Assembly: GCA_965203805.1 (NCBI GenBank)
Contig: OZ241917.1
Location: forward strand, 5,312,001-5,376,000
DNA: 64,000 nucleotides
Origin: Candidatus Latescibacterota bacterium
GTDB lineage: Bacteria > Latescibacterota > UBA2968 > GCA-2709665
Direction of reading: 5' to 3'
Shown here: one piece after another, positions 27,677 to 37,803 of the stretch
Layout of the letters: each line of letters begins with the position of its first letter
How positions within the stretch are numbered: the first letter of the stretch is position 1
The notes under the pieces: model-generated
Databases searched by the model: none
Seen by the model: the letters and a program-made list of their open reading frames with translations, nothing else
Told to the model about the DNA's origin: nothing
Made by a program: the position numbers and the translations under genes

Positions 27677-28960
27677 ATGCTCAGTGATGAACATCGGGTC
27701 GAGGTTGCGTTCGGGCGCGGCAGCGTGAGCGTCAACGCGGACCCCGACCTGGCGGAATGGGAGGTGATTCGCCCGACCTTCGAGGAGGCGATCCCGGACC
27801 CGAAACCCCGTTTTCGGGAAGCGGTCGAGAATCCGGTCGCCTCCGATCCCCTCGGCGAACTGGTCTCGCCGGGGGACAGCGTGGTCATCGTCACGTCCGA
27901 CGGTACCCGCCCCGTGCCCAACCGGCAGTTGATTCCCTGGATTCTGGAAGCCCTGCCGGCGCCCGGGGAACAGGTCACGGTGTTGCTGGGAAACGGCACG
28001 CATCGGGCGAATACGGATGCGGAAATCGCGGGAATGTTCGGAAGCGCTGTCGCCGGCCGGATAAGGATCCGGAACCATGACGCGTACGACCGATCGAATA
28101 ACGTGCACCTGGGCAGGTCCGCGTGCGGAACGGACGTATGGCTGGACAAAGCGTACGTGGAGGCGGACAAGCGGATCGTGTTGGGATTCATAGAACCCCA
28201 TTTCTTCGCCGGTTTTTCGGGCGGTCCGAAGGGCGTGGCGCCGGGAGTGGCGGGCGTCGAAACGATCTATCGGCTGCATCGGTCCGACCTGATCGCGAAT
28301 CCGATGAGTACATGGGGGGTGCTCGACGGGAACCCCCTGCAACGGGAGGTCCGAGAAGCCGTTGCGCTCTGTCCGCCGGACTTCCTGGTCAACGTAACGC
28401 TGAACGACAAAAAGGCGATATCGGGGTTCTATGCGGGGAATTACCTGGAAGCCCATCGACGGGGGTGCGACGCCGCCAGGGCGGCCTCGATGGCGCCGGT
28501 CGACGGGCCGTTCCACGTCGCGCTGACGTCGAACAGCGGGTACCCGCTGGACCAGAACCTCTATCAGGCCGTCAAGGGCATGTCGGCAGCCGCCCGCATC
28601 GTGGAAGACGGCGGGACCGTGCTCGTTGCCAGCGAGTGCAGCGACGGCGTACCGGATCACGGCAACTTCGCCGAATTGATGCGGGCCGGACAGGGGCCCC
28701 GGGACGTCCTGAAGGCGGTGCACGACCGGGAGCCCATTCCGGACCAGTGGCAGGCACAGACCCTGGCTGCCATTCTCGAACGCGTTGAAGTGGGCGTTTA
28801 TTCAAGTATGGATCGGGCCGATATCGAGGCGTGCAAGCTGGCCGCCGTGGAAGACCTGGATGCGACCCTTCGGGAAGAGATCCGGGCGGCCGGCAGCCGC
28901 GCGCGGGTGGCGGTGCTGCCGGACGGCCCGTTGACCATTCCATACCTGTCGGATCAATAA
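27677..28960 (+). CDS. larA: LarA-family nickel-pincer-dependent racemase/epimerase
   Basis: SDGTRP, GTHR, NHD, IEPHFFAGFSGGPK and YPLDQNLYQAVKG motifs; substrate not determinable. Confidence 0.88.
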   Translation: MLSDEHRVEVAFGRGSVSVNADPDLAEWEVIRPTFEEAIPDPKPRFREAVENPVASDPLGELVSPGDSVVIVTSDGTRPVPNRQLIPWILEALPAPGEQVTVLLGNGTHRANTDAEIAGMFGSAVAGRIRIRNHDAYDRSNNVHLGRSACGTDVWLDKAYVEADKRIVLGFIEPHFFAGFSGGPKGVAPGVAGVETIYRLHRSDLIANPMSTWGVLDGNPLQREVREAVALCPPDFLVNVTLNDKKAISGFYAGNYLEAHRRGCDAARAASMAPVDGPFHVALTSNSGYPLDQNLYQAVKGMSAAARIVEDGGTVLVASECSDGVPDHGNFAELMRAGQGPRDVLKAVHDREPIPDQWQAQTLAAILERVEVGVYSSMDRADIEACKLAAVEDLDATLREEIRAAGSRARVAVLPDGPLTIPYLSDQ

Positions 28961-29159
28961 ACCCGAAGCTGTCAGCAATCAGCTATCAGCCGTCAGCCAG
29001 AATCAAAGACAGACAGCAAATGGCGATCGGCGAGTCTACCGCGAAACCGTGAGGTTGGCCTCGCAGGAACAACTTTCGCCGGCTCGGTTTAGAGGTTGGG
29101 GCTTTGTCCTGCACATCCTGTCCATGTAAGTCCTGTTTTGTGATCTGGAGAGGTCAAAC

Positions 29160-31697
29160 ATGCCGGAAAATGTGGCAGTCGGGTTGCAGGTGGTCGAATC
29201 CGCCGGGGTCGAACGTTGTCATTGGCCGGTGACGCGGGGGGTCCCGTTTCCGAGCGGCGCCGTTCGGAATCCGGCCCGGTTGGGCGTGAAAGACGCGGAC
29301 GGCCGCCCGGTGTCCGCGCAGTTCCGCGTGTTGAGTCGCTGGCCGGACGAGAGTCTGAAGTGGGTCCTCGTGGACTTTCAGGCGGATGTGCCGCCGGGTG
29401 GCAGCTCGTCCTATACTGTCTGTGAGAGCGGTGAACGGGCTGACCCCGGAGAGGACGTCCGTGTTCGGGAGGACGACGAGAGACTGGTCGTGTGTACGGG
29501 TCCCCTCCGTTTCGCCGTGAACCGCAGGCGGTTTTCCCTGGTGGAGTCGGTGGCGTTGGGCAGGACGGACGCGGACGGCGGGTTTACGCAGGAGGCGGAA
29601 GTCGCAAGTCCCGGCGGGGACGCCTGGGTGCGAATCAGCGAGTCGTTTCTGGACGACGAAGGGAAGCGGTACATTTACGGGATGGGCGGCGACTGCCTGG
29701 CGTCGCTCGCGGAGACCTCATACGACGTGAGCATCGAGGAAGCAGGCCCGCTCCGGGCCGTGATCCGGTGTGAAGGCGCATTCGAGGCGGACGTGCCGAT
29801 GCACCATTATTCGGGGTACCGGCCGTTTCGTTTCGTGACCCGAATCTACGCGTATGCCGGCCGTTCCGAGATACGTGTGCTGCACACCGTGGTTGCGGCG
29901 TGCAACCCGAGGGAGACGGAAGTGGAGGAGATCGGGCTGCGCGTTCCGGCCTCGCTCTCCGGCGCCGTGAATTACCGCGTTGCCGCAAGCCGGGAGATCG
30001 CGGGCGGGGCGGCCGCCGGTGAATCGCTGTTGCTCTCCCAGCGGCTTCACAATCACTTTCGCCTGGAGCGGCGTGAGGGCGGGCGCATTGGAACGCTTGC
30101 CGAAGGGGACCGCACCGAGGGCTGGGTCACCTGCGAAGACGGCCGGGTCGGCCTTGGCGTCGGCCTGCGCTACATGCCCGAGGAATTCCCGAAAGCGCTG
30201 GGCGTATCCGGCGTCGGCGACGGCATCGACGTGTACTGCTGGAAGGATCCCGACGGGAAACGCCTTTCGCTCAAACGGTATTCGGAGGCCGTGGCGTGGG
30301 ATGAAGGCGAGGGGGTTTACGCGGATGGCACCGGTACGTCCAAGACGACGGAGTTCTTTGTCTGTTTCTACCGGGCATCGGAAAGCGACGGCGTTCCCGA
30401 TCGTTTGAGAGGATGGCTCGATCCGCCGCACGTATCGGCAGATCCGGTCTCCATGGCGGCAGGCGGAGCGACGGGGGGTTTTCAACCCCTTGACGAGGGA
30501 CGTTTCCCGAAATCCGAGCGGATGATGTCGGCCTTCCTCGAGTGGCTGCAGCGGAATATCGAACTGGGCGCCTGGTACGGCTTTTTTGACTGGGGCGATG
30601 CGCTGGTGGCCTGGGACCAGGGTACCGACGACTGGCGGTTTTACGGTCGCTGGGGGTGGTGCAACAGCGAGTGGGATCCGCGCCACGGGGTCTGGATCCA
30701 GTACATGCGGACGGGCGAGCCGCGGCATTTTCTGCTCGGCGAAGCCATGACCCGGCATTCGGTGGACGTGGATACCTGCCACTACCACCCGTTCAGACCC
30801 TATATGGTGGGCGGCTGTTTCCGCCATAGCGTGGACCACTTCGGAGATGAGAGTTGCGCATCCCATACGTTTCTTGACGGCTGGATGGACTATTACTACC
30901 TGACGGGCGACCTGCGAACGCTGGAGGTGATCCGCGAGGCGGGCGAGTTTCTGTCGCGATACCAGTGGACGGAAGACCCTGCGTTCAGCTTCAGCCTGCG
31001 CAGCATATCGAACGCGCTGCGCGGCCTGCTTTACGTGTACGAGGTTACTGGCGAGGCGCGTTTCAAGTCACGGGCGCTCGAGGTGTATGACGCGATTGCG
31101 CGGGGCCAGAACGACGATGGAAGCTGGCACAAACGGTTTCAGATTTCCACCGCCGACCGGCTGCCCGACCAGCGGCCGTACGGCATGGCCACCGAGGGCA
31201 CCACGCTGGCCGTGGAGATGGGCACGGCCTCACCGTTTACCGAGGCCGAGTTTCGCAAGCTGAGGGGGGACGCGAAGTCGGTTCACAGGGTCCTGCCGGT
31301 TTCGGAGCAGAAGGGCTATCAGACCCATTACCTCCTGGTTGGCCTGGAATTGCTGCACCGGCTCACCGGAAGGGAAGACGTCGAGGAGGTCTACCGCCGT
31401 GCCGTGGACTGGTTCTGTGGCTATCCCGGCGCTTTGAACGCGGAAAAAGCCATCCAGGAGCGGTACGGAGGCGTCCTGTGCCGGCACCTGGGCTATGCGT
31501 ACCGGCTGACGGGGAACGTGAAATACCTGGAGATCGGTCAGGCGGTGCTGCAGGTCCTGATAGAAAGCCAGGACTGGGGAGACGATCCGAAACGCCGGGG
31601 GGCGGTCGAAATGAGTCCGATGCACATCAGTCTGTTGTTTTTCGGCGTTCCCTGCCTTCTCGGCGCGCTTGCGGACGCGGACCTGGGCGAAGAATAA
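29160..31697 (+). CDS. PcRGLX/YetA-like (exo-rhamnogalacturonan lyase-like) protein
   Basis: PVTRGVPFP...RWPDESLKW N-terminal barrel, WYGFFDWGD, WCNSE and MTRHSVDVD motifs. Confidence 0.65.
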   Translation: MPENVAVGLQVVESAGVERCHWPVTRGVPFPSGAVRNPARLGVKDADGRPVSAQFRVLSRWPDESLKWVLVDFQADVPPGGSSSYTVCESGERADPGEDVRVREDDERLVVCTGPLRFAVNRRRFSLVESVALGRTDADGGFTQEAEVASPGGDAWVRISESFLDDEGKRYIYGMGGDCLASLAETSYDVSIEEAGPLRAVIRCEGAFEADVPMHHYSGYRPFRFVTRIYAYAGRSEIRVLHTVVAACNPRETEVEEIGLRVPASLSGAVNYRVAASREIAGGAAAGESLLLSQRLHNHFRLERREGGRIGTLAEGDRTEGWVTCEDGRVGLGVGLRYMPEEFPKALGVSGVGDGIDVYCWKDPDGKRLSLKRYSEAVAWDEGEGVYADGTGTSKTTEFFVCFYRASESDGVPDRLRGWLDPPHVSADPVSMAAGGATGGFQPLDEGRFPKSERMMSAFLEWLQRNIELGAWYGFFDWGDALVAWDQGTDDWRFYGRWGWCNSEWDPRHGVWIQYMRTGEPRHFLLGEAMTRHSVDVDTCHYHPFRPYMVGGCFRHSVDHFGDESCASHTFLDGWMDYYYLTGDLRTLEVIREAGEFLSRYQWTEDPAFSFSLRSISNALRGLLYVYEVTGEARFKSRALEVYDAIARGQNDDGSWHKRFQISTADRLPDQRPYGMATEGTTLAVEMGTASPFTEAEFRKLRGDAKSVHRVLPVSEQKGYQTHYLLVGLELLHRLTGREDVEEVYRRAVDWFCGYPGALNAEKAIQERYGGVLCRHLGYAYRLTGNVKYLEIGQAVLQVLIESQDWGDDPKRRGAVEMSPMHISLLFFGVPCLLGALADADLGEE

Positions 31698-31884
31698 CGC
31701 TATTGCCGGGATCAGTAAATAGTGGCCGGTGGCCGGTGGTCAGTGATCAGGAAGAGCAGTCGCTCGCTTCCATTTATTCTCAGGATCGGCAAACAGTCGA
31801 CACCCACAGACCCCACGAAAGAAGAGTGGGAGGATGTAAACTACAGGGTACTCCCCGTAATAACTATTTCTGGAGGTTGGAAAG

Positions 31885-32973
31885 ATGGCAGGAAGCGGGT
31901 GTGTGCGGGTCGGCATTCTGGGCCAGGGACGCAGCGGTCGGGATATTCACGCGGAGTGGCTGGCCCGGTCCCCTGCGAAATACCGGATTGCGGCCGTGTC
32001 GGATCTGTTGCGGGACCGTCGCGACCGCGCTGTACGTGAGTTCGAATGCGATGCGTACGCGGACTACAGGGATGTGCTGGCGCGAGATGACATTGACCTG
32101 GTAATCAACGCGTTGCCCAGCCATATGCATACGCAGGCCACAGAGGAAGCGTTCGACGCGGGACATCATGTCGTGTGTGAAAAACCCGTGGCATCGAGCA
32201 CTGAGGACTTCCGGCGCATGGTGACGGCGTCCGAGCGGTCGGACAGGGTCTTCGCGCCGTTCCAGCAGTCGAGATACGCGCCGCATTTTCAACAGATACA
32301 GCGGGTGATAGAATCCGGCGTCATGGGCCGCATCGTGCAGATCCGCATTGCATTCAACGGGTTCGCCCGCCGATGGGACTGGCAGACGCTGCAGGAGTTC
32401 AAAGGCGGCAACCTGCTGAATACCGGACCCCATCCCATGGACCAGGCCCTCTGTCTCCTGGATTGGAAGAAGCCGCAGGTGCACTGCATCATGGACCGGG
32501 CGAATACGTACGGAGACGCTGAAGACCACGTCAAGGTGCTGCTGCGCTGCGAGGGATCTCCCACGATCGATCTGGAGATTTCTTCGTGTGACCCGTATTC
32601 CGACGACATGTATCGTGTCTACGGCACACGGGGCGGGCTGGCGGGCGGCGCCAACGGGATCAGGTGGCGGTATTTCGACCCCGCGGATGCCCCCGCGCAA
32701 AGGCTGCTGCGGTCCCCGCTGCCGGGGCCGAGCTATTGCCGCGAGGAATTGCCGTGGACGGAAGCGTCGTGGGCGCCCGATGAGGAGGAAAAGCAAGCGT
32801 TTACGTATATGTCCAGGGCGTTTTACGACCACCTGTACGAAGTGCTGCGCGACGGCGCGCCGTTGTTTATTACACCGGAGCAGGTCGCCGTGCAGGTGGC
32901 GGTGATGGAAGAATGCCACCGCCAGAATCCCCTGTCCAGGCTGGCGCCGGAGGGCTGGGAAAAGGGGAATTAG
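31885..32973 (+). CDS. Gfo/Idh/MocA family oxidoreductase
   Basis: GILGQGRSG, HVVCEKP and GGNLLNTGPH motifs. Confidence 0.9.
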   Translation: MAGSGCVRVGILGQGRSGRDIHAEWLARSPAKYRIAAVSDLLRDRRDRAVREFECDAYADYRDVLARDDIDLVINALPSHMHTQATEEAFDAGHHVVCEKPVASSTEDFRRMVTASERSDRVFAPFQQSRYAPHFQQIQRVIESGVMGRIVQIRIAFNGFARRWDWQTLQEFKGGNLLNTGPHPMDQALCLLDWKKPQVHCIMDRANTYGDAEDHVKVLLRCEGSPTIDLEISSCDPYSDDMYRVYGTRGGLAGGANGIRWRYFDPADAPAQRLLRSPLPGPSYCREELPWTEASWAPDEEEKQAFTYMSRAFYDHLYEVLRDGAPLFITPEQVAVQVAVMEECHRQNPLSRLAPEGWEKGN

Positions 32974-33001
32974 CCGTTGGTTGCAGAAAGGAGCCGCCGC
33001 A

Positions 33002-34099
33002 ATGAAAACGTATCGGACGGTCCTGGTCGGCTGCGGGGGAATGGGCCGCCAGCACCTGGATATCATCCAGGGGCTGCCCGAGTTCGAAATTGCCGGGATC
33101 TGCGACGTCTTTGCCGAAACCCTCAGAGAGACGGGAGACACGCACGGCGTGCAGGCGCGGTTCCTGGATTTCGAGCGGATGTATGATGAGACGCGGCCCG
33201 ACCTGGTGGTGGTGGCCACCCAGACGAGGGGGCATCACGCGCCGGCGGTGGCGGCGCTGAAGCGCGGTTTATCCGTACTCTGCGAAAAGCCGATCGCCAT
33301 CGACCCCGCCGAAGCGGACGAGATGGTCGCGGCGGCCGCGGCGTCGGGCGCGCGGCTGGCCGTCAACCAGCAGAGCCACGTGAGTTCCGCGATCCTGAAG
33401 GCGCGGGAAATGGTCCGTGACGGGGCCATCGGAGAGGTCGTTCTGGTGCGCGGCCGGAACAAGTCCGGGCGCAGGAGCGGGAACGAGTTTACGGAAATGG
33501 GCACCCACGTGGCCGATATGATGATGCGCTTCGGCGGCCGGCCCGCGTGGTGCGCCGGAAACGTCTATTTTCAGGGACGCCTGGCGGACGTCAACGACAT
33601 CATGGAAGCAAAGGAGATGTCGCCGAAGGACCGGGATTCCGGGCTGGTGATGGGCGATTGCGCGGTGGCTCAGTACGGATTCGAGGGGGGTGTTCTGGGG
33701 GAAATCCATTTCCTGGAGTTCGCGTCGGCCAACAGCGCAAACTACGGCGTGGACGTCATCGGAACCGACGGGCAATTGGCGGTCCGTGCTTCCGGCAGCG
33801 TTGGACAGGCGCTCTGGTGTCTGCCCAGGCCGATGGAAGGTCTGCCGGGAGGCCAGGGGGACTGGAAGCCCGTTGAAACGGTAGGATCGGAGGCCCGGGA
33901 TGCCATTGCCAGGATGTACCGCCGCATGGCCGCGGCGATCGAGGAAGGGACGGAGCCGCCGTCGAGCGGCGAATCGGCCCGGACGGCTTTCGAGATGATT
34001 CTGGGCATCTACCAGTCCCACAGGGAAGGCGGGCGCCGGATTTCACTCCCGCTTTCGGACCGCCGGCATCCGCTGGAAGCGTGGCGGGCCGAACACTGA
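33002..34099 (+). CDS. Gfo/Idh/MocA family oxidoreductase
   Basis: LVGCGGMG, VLCEKP and EMGTH motifs. Confidence 0.88.
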   Translation: MKTYRTVLVGCGGMGRQHLDIIQGLPEFEIAGICDVFAETLRETGDTHGVQARFLDFERMYDETRPDLVVVATQTRGHHAPAVAALKRGLSVLCEKPIAIDPAEADEMVAAAAASGARLAVNQQSHVSSAILKAREMVRDGAIGEVVLVRGRNKSGRRSGNEFTEMGTHVADMMMRFGGRPAWCAGNVYFQGRLADVNDIMEAKEMSPKDRDSGLVMGDCAVAQYGFEGGVLGEIHFLEFASANSANYGVDVIGTDGQLAVRASGSVGQALWCLPRPMEGLPGGQGDWKPVETVGSEARDAIARMYRRMAAAIEEGTEPPSSGESARTAFEMILGIYQSHREGGRRISLPLSDRRHPLEAWRAEH

Positions 34100-34118
34100 G
34101 GAGCGGGTCGCGAAGAAC

Positions 34119-35192
34119 ATGCCAACTGTTGACAAAATCAAGGAGGCGCGAAACGCCCTGGATGCCCACGTTCGGGAGACGGTAGCCTGGCACTTCAATC
34201 CCGAAACCGGCTGCCCGTTCTGGCTGGAATTCGCGGACGGGCTGGATTTCGATCCATGCAGGGAGATCGGCGGTTTCGCGGATCTGAAGATCCTGGGCCA
34301 TTTTCAGGACGACTGGCTTCGCGGGGGCCCGGTGCGCCGCTGGATTCCCCGGGGAACCGCCGGCAAGCGGACGTATGTCTTCGAAACGGGAGGGTCCACG
34401 GGCGTCCCGAAATACCGGATCAGCCAGGATGACTTTCAGATCGACTACGAGACGTTCAGCAGGCACCTTTCAAACGAGACGTTTCCACGCGGCGCCGACT
34501 GGCTGATGCTGGGTCCGACGGGTCCGAGGCGGCTGCGTCTGGCGGTTGAATACCTCTGCCAGATCCGCGGAGGGGTCTGTTTTCTGGTGGACCTGGATCC
34601 CAGATGGGTGAACAAGCTGATTGCGCGCGGCGCCCTCCAGGAACTGGATCTCTACAAGGCGCACGTGATCGACCAGGCGCTGACCATTCTGCGGGCGAAC
34701 GACAACGTGAGGTGCATGTTTACAACCCCGAAGCTCCTCGAAGCGATCTGTGAGAAGATCTCGCTTGAAAAGGCCGGGATTACCGGGATATTCTGCGGGG
34801 GAACCGAGATGGACGCGCAGTTCAACCGGTTCGCCAGGGAGGAGCTCGTTCCCGGCATCGATTTCGTGCCGACGTACGGAAATACGCTGATGGGGTTGGC
34901 GTATTCCAAGCCGCTGGAGCCTTCGGACAACTATGCCATTACCTATTATCCGCCGGTCCCCCGGGCGGTGATCGAACTGGTGGACCCCGATTGTCCGGAC
35001 CTGCTGGTGGATTACAACACCGTTGGCCGCGTGATGTTGACCACGCTGACCCGCGAGTTCTTCATGCCGCGGTTTCTGGAACGGGACGAGGGAGAACGGG
35101 CCGAACCGAGCGGGGCGTTTCCGTGGGACGGGGTGAGGAATCTGGGATTGTTATCCGAAATGCAGGAGTCGGTCGTCGTTGGCGTATACTGA
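34119..35192 (+). CDS. EhpF/GriC-like short adenylating enzyme (arylcarboxylate reductase component)
   Basis: WHFNPETGCPFWL, FETGGSTGVPK P-loop, GPTGP, DLDPRWV, GGTE, YGNT and C-terminal VGVY match motifs I recall from EhpF. Confidence 0.75.
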   Translation: MPTVDKIKEARNALDAHVRETVAWHFNPETGCPFWLEFADGLDFDPCREIGGFADLKILGHFQDDWLRGGPVRRWIPRGTAGKRTYVFETGGSTGVPKYRISQDDFQIDYETFSRHLSNETFPRGADWLMLGPTGPRRLRLAVEYLCQIRGGVCFLVDLDPRWVNKLIARGALQELDLYKAHVIDQALTILRANDNVRCMFTTPKLLEAICEKISLEKAGITGIFCGGTEMDAQFNRFAREELVPGIDFVPTYGNTLMGLAYSKPLEPSDNYAITYYPPVPRAVIELVDPDCPDLLVDYNTVGRVMLTTLTREFFMPRFLERDEGERAEPSGAFPWDGVRNLGLLSEMQESVVVGVY

Positions 35193-35231
35193 CCCGTTAC
35201 CGACTTCTCCAGGCTGAAGGCAAAGGTTGAA

Positions 35232-36677
35232 TTGACGCCCCAGGAGGATGGTGTGACCCATATCCCGGTTTTGCGGGCGGGAGAGCCATACGCAAGTCTG
35301 GACGTCCGGGACGTCCCGCACATTCAGACCGGAGAGCCCCTCGTCCGCGTGAGCCACGCGAATCCGGGTCTGATCGCGAGGGATCTGAACGCCGCCAAGG
35401 CGAATAAACGCGCCCTGGAGGCGTTCAGCGTCTCCGAACTTGCAGCCGTGACGCGCAGGGCCGGCCGGCTGTTCGCCGAGGGGGACCTGCCGCTGGATCG
35501 TCAGTCGCAATCGCCGGGGGACTACGTCCGCCAGGTATCGGGCACCACAGGGATTCCCGAGACCCTCTGCCGGGAGAACATGGAAAAGATCCGGCTGGCC
35601 TGTACCCAGATCGACGAGGTGCTCGCCGGTCTCACGCGCCATCTGGATCTGTCGGTGCTGGACCGGGGGTGGGGTCCGCAAAACGGCCGCCCGCTGAGCT
35701 ACGTCTGCCAGACCGACGCGCTAGGCGCCGTGTTGCCGAGCAATTCGCCCGGCGTGCACTCGCTCTGGGTTCCGTCGCCGTCGCTGAAGGCGCCCCTGGT
35801 GCTGAAGCCCGGCCGCGAGGACCCGTGGACGCCCTTTCGGATTGCACAGGCGTTTATTGCCGCGGGATGCCCGCGCGAGGCGTTCGGGATCTATCCGACC
35901 GGGCACGCCGGCGCCAACGAAATCCTCTTGAGGTGCGGGCGCTCCCTTTTTTTCGGGGGCGGCGCAACCGTCGCGCCGTGGCTGCACGATCCGCGGGTTT
36001 CGATTCACGGTCCGGGCCGCAGCAAGGTGATTCTGGGTGAAGACCTGGTCCACCGCTGGGAGGATTTTCTGGATGTGATCCTGGTTTCGATCGCGGCCAA
36101 CGGCGGACGTTCCTGCATCAACGCGTCGGGTGTGTGGACGCCCGCGCACGGCCGCGAGATTGCCCATGCGATTGCGCACCGGCTCGCGCGAATCGAGCCC
36201 AGGCGGCTGGATGACCCGGAAGCGCGGATTGCCGCATTTTCCAATCCTGCTGCTGCCGCCCGGATTTCAAATGGTATCGACGTCCACCTGAAAAGCGGTG
36301 GCGCGGAGGACCTGACCGCGGGCCTGCGCGGCGGCCGGCTTGCCGAACGGGACGGCCTGACGTTTCTGAATCCGACGCTGGTCTGGTGCGAATCTCCGGA
36401 ACACCCCCTGGCGAATACGGAATACCTTTTCCCGTACTCGAGCGTGGTCGAAGCGCCCCGGGCGGGATTGGCGGACCGGATCGGGCCCAGCCTGGTGGTC
36501 ACGGTGTTGACGGAGGATGAGGATTTCGTGAGTGAGTTGCTGAATTCACCGCACGTGGACCGACTGAACGCGGGTCCCATACCCACGAACCGGATTTCGT
36601 GGGACCAGCCTCACGAAGGCAATCTGTTCGAGCATCTCTACCGCCAGCGCGCCTTTCAGTTCGCAAGCAGAGCATAG
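35232..36677 (+). CDS. Aldehyde dehydrogenase-fold acyl reductase (GriD/LuxC-like)
   Basis: LPSNSPGVH, LKPG, FFGG, HGPGRSK, catalytic Cys in GRSCINAS, EYLFP; follows the EhpF-like gene; start TTG 35232 or GTG 35253. Confidence 0.75.
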   Translation: MTPQEDGVTHIPVLRAGEPYASLDVRDVPHIQTGEPLVRVSHANPGLIARDLNAAKANKRALEAFSVSELAAVTRRAGRLFAEGDLPLDRQSQSPGDYVRQVSGTTGIPETLCRENMEKIRLACTQIDEVLAGLTRHLDLSVLDRGWGPQNGRPLSYVCQTDALGAVLPSNSPGVHSLWVPSPSLKAPLVLKPGREDPWTPFRIAQAFIAAGCPREAFGIYPTGHAGANEILLRCGRSLFFGGGATVAPWLHDPRVSIHGPGRSKVILGEDLVHRWEDFLDVILVSIAANGGRSCINASGVWTPAHGREIAHAIAHRLARIEPRRLDDPEARIAAFSNPAAAARISNGIDVHLKSGGAEDLTAGLRGGRLAERDGLTFLNPTLVWCESPEHPLANTEYLFPYSSVVEAPRAGLADRIGPSLVVTVLTEDEDFVSELLNSPHVDRLNAGPIPTNRISWDQPHEGNLFEHLYRQRAFQFASRA

Positions 36678-36687
36678 CAATCCTCGA

Positions 36688-37803
36688 ATGGAACCCTTCG
36701 ACCTCCATCCCGCCCCGCGTGTGATATTCGGGGAAGGCGCGCTGGCGCAGCTCCCGGACCTGGCGGACGGACTGGGTGGACGACGAATTCTGCTCGTGAC
36801 CGATCCGGGCATCGTCAGCGCGGGCATCGCGGACAGGGCGCTGGGATTGCTGTGCGGATCGGCACGCGATGTCTTCATGTTCGACGACGTGGCGGAGAAC
36901 CCCACGACGGACCACGTGGAAGCCGGTGTGGCAGCCGCCTCGGCGCACGGCGGGATCGATCTGATCGTGGGGCTGGGCGGCGGGAGCGCGATGGACTGCG
37001 CCAAGGGCGTCAATTTCATTCTCACGAACGGCGGCCGCATGGAGGACTACCGCGGGATGGGCCGGGCAAAGCGGCCCATGTTGCCGTCGATCGGCATTCC
37101 CACCACCGCGGGCACGGGAAGCGAGGCCCAGTCCTATGCGCTCATCGCCGCGCGGGACACCCATGAGAAGATGGCCTGCGGCGACCTCAAGGCGCGGTTT
37201 CGCGGCGTCATTCTGGATCCTGCGCTCACGGCAAGCGTCCCAGGGCCTGTGGCGGCCGCGACGGGAATCGACGCCGTGGCGCACGCCGTGGAGAGTTACG
37301 TCTGCACAAAGCGGAACGCGGTGTCCCGCATGTACGCGCGCGAGGCGTGGCGGCTTCTCTCGTCGGGCTTCGGAGGGTCTCTCGAACCGGCGGCGGATCC
37401 GGACGCCAGGGCCGCTATGCTTCTGGGCGCGCATTTCGCGGGAGCGGCGATCGAGAACGCGATGCTCGGCGCCGCCCACGCGTGCGCAAACCCGCTGACG
37501 GCCCGGTACGGCATCACCCACGGCGTTGCGGTTGGCGTGATGCTTCCGCCGGTGATCCGGTTCAACCGGGAAACACACGGGGCGCGCTACGAAGGGTTCG
37601 GGATGACGGCCGGCGCGCTTTCCGATCGGATCGATCGGTTCGCACGCGCGGCGGAATTGCCGGCGCGTCTTCGTGAACTGCGCGTCGAACGGGAGCGGCT
37701 CCCCGAATTGGCGGCAGACGCGGCGCGCCAATGGACGGGAACGTTCAACCCGCGGCCGGTCCGGGAAACCGATTTTCTGGCGCTATATGAAGAGACGTAT
37801 TGA
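36688..37803 (+). CDS. Iron-containing alcohol dehydrogenase
   Basis: GGGSAMD, PTTAGTGSE, DAVAHAVE and HACANPL...HG metal ligands. Confidence 0.92.
   Translation: MEPFDLHPAPRVIFGEGALAQLPDLADGLGGRRILLVTDPGIVSAGIADRALGLLCGSARDVFMFDDVAENPTTDHVEAGVAAASAHGGIDLIVGLGGGSAMDCAKGVNFILTNGGRMEDYRGMGRAKRPMLPSIGIPTTAGTGSEAQSYALIAARDTHEKMACGDLKARFRGVILDPALTASVPGPVAAATGIDAVAHAVESYVCTKRNAVSRMYAREAWRLLSSGFGGSLEPAADPDARAAMLLGAHFAGAAIENAMLGAAHACANPLTARYGITHGVAVGVMLPPVIRFNRETHGARYEGFGMTAGALSDRIDRFARAAELPARLRELRVERERLPELAADAARQWTGTFNPRPVRETDFLALYEETY

Noticed and set aside
34119-36677. Bioluminescence luxCE or a phenazine cluster
   Set aside because: No luxAB/luxD or phz core genes in the window; motifs fit EhpF/GriC-type proteins better than LuxE
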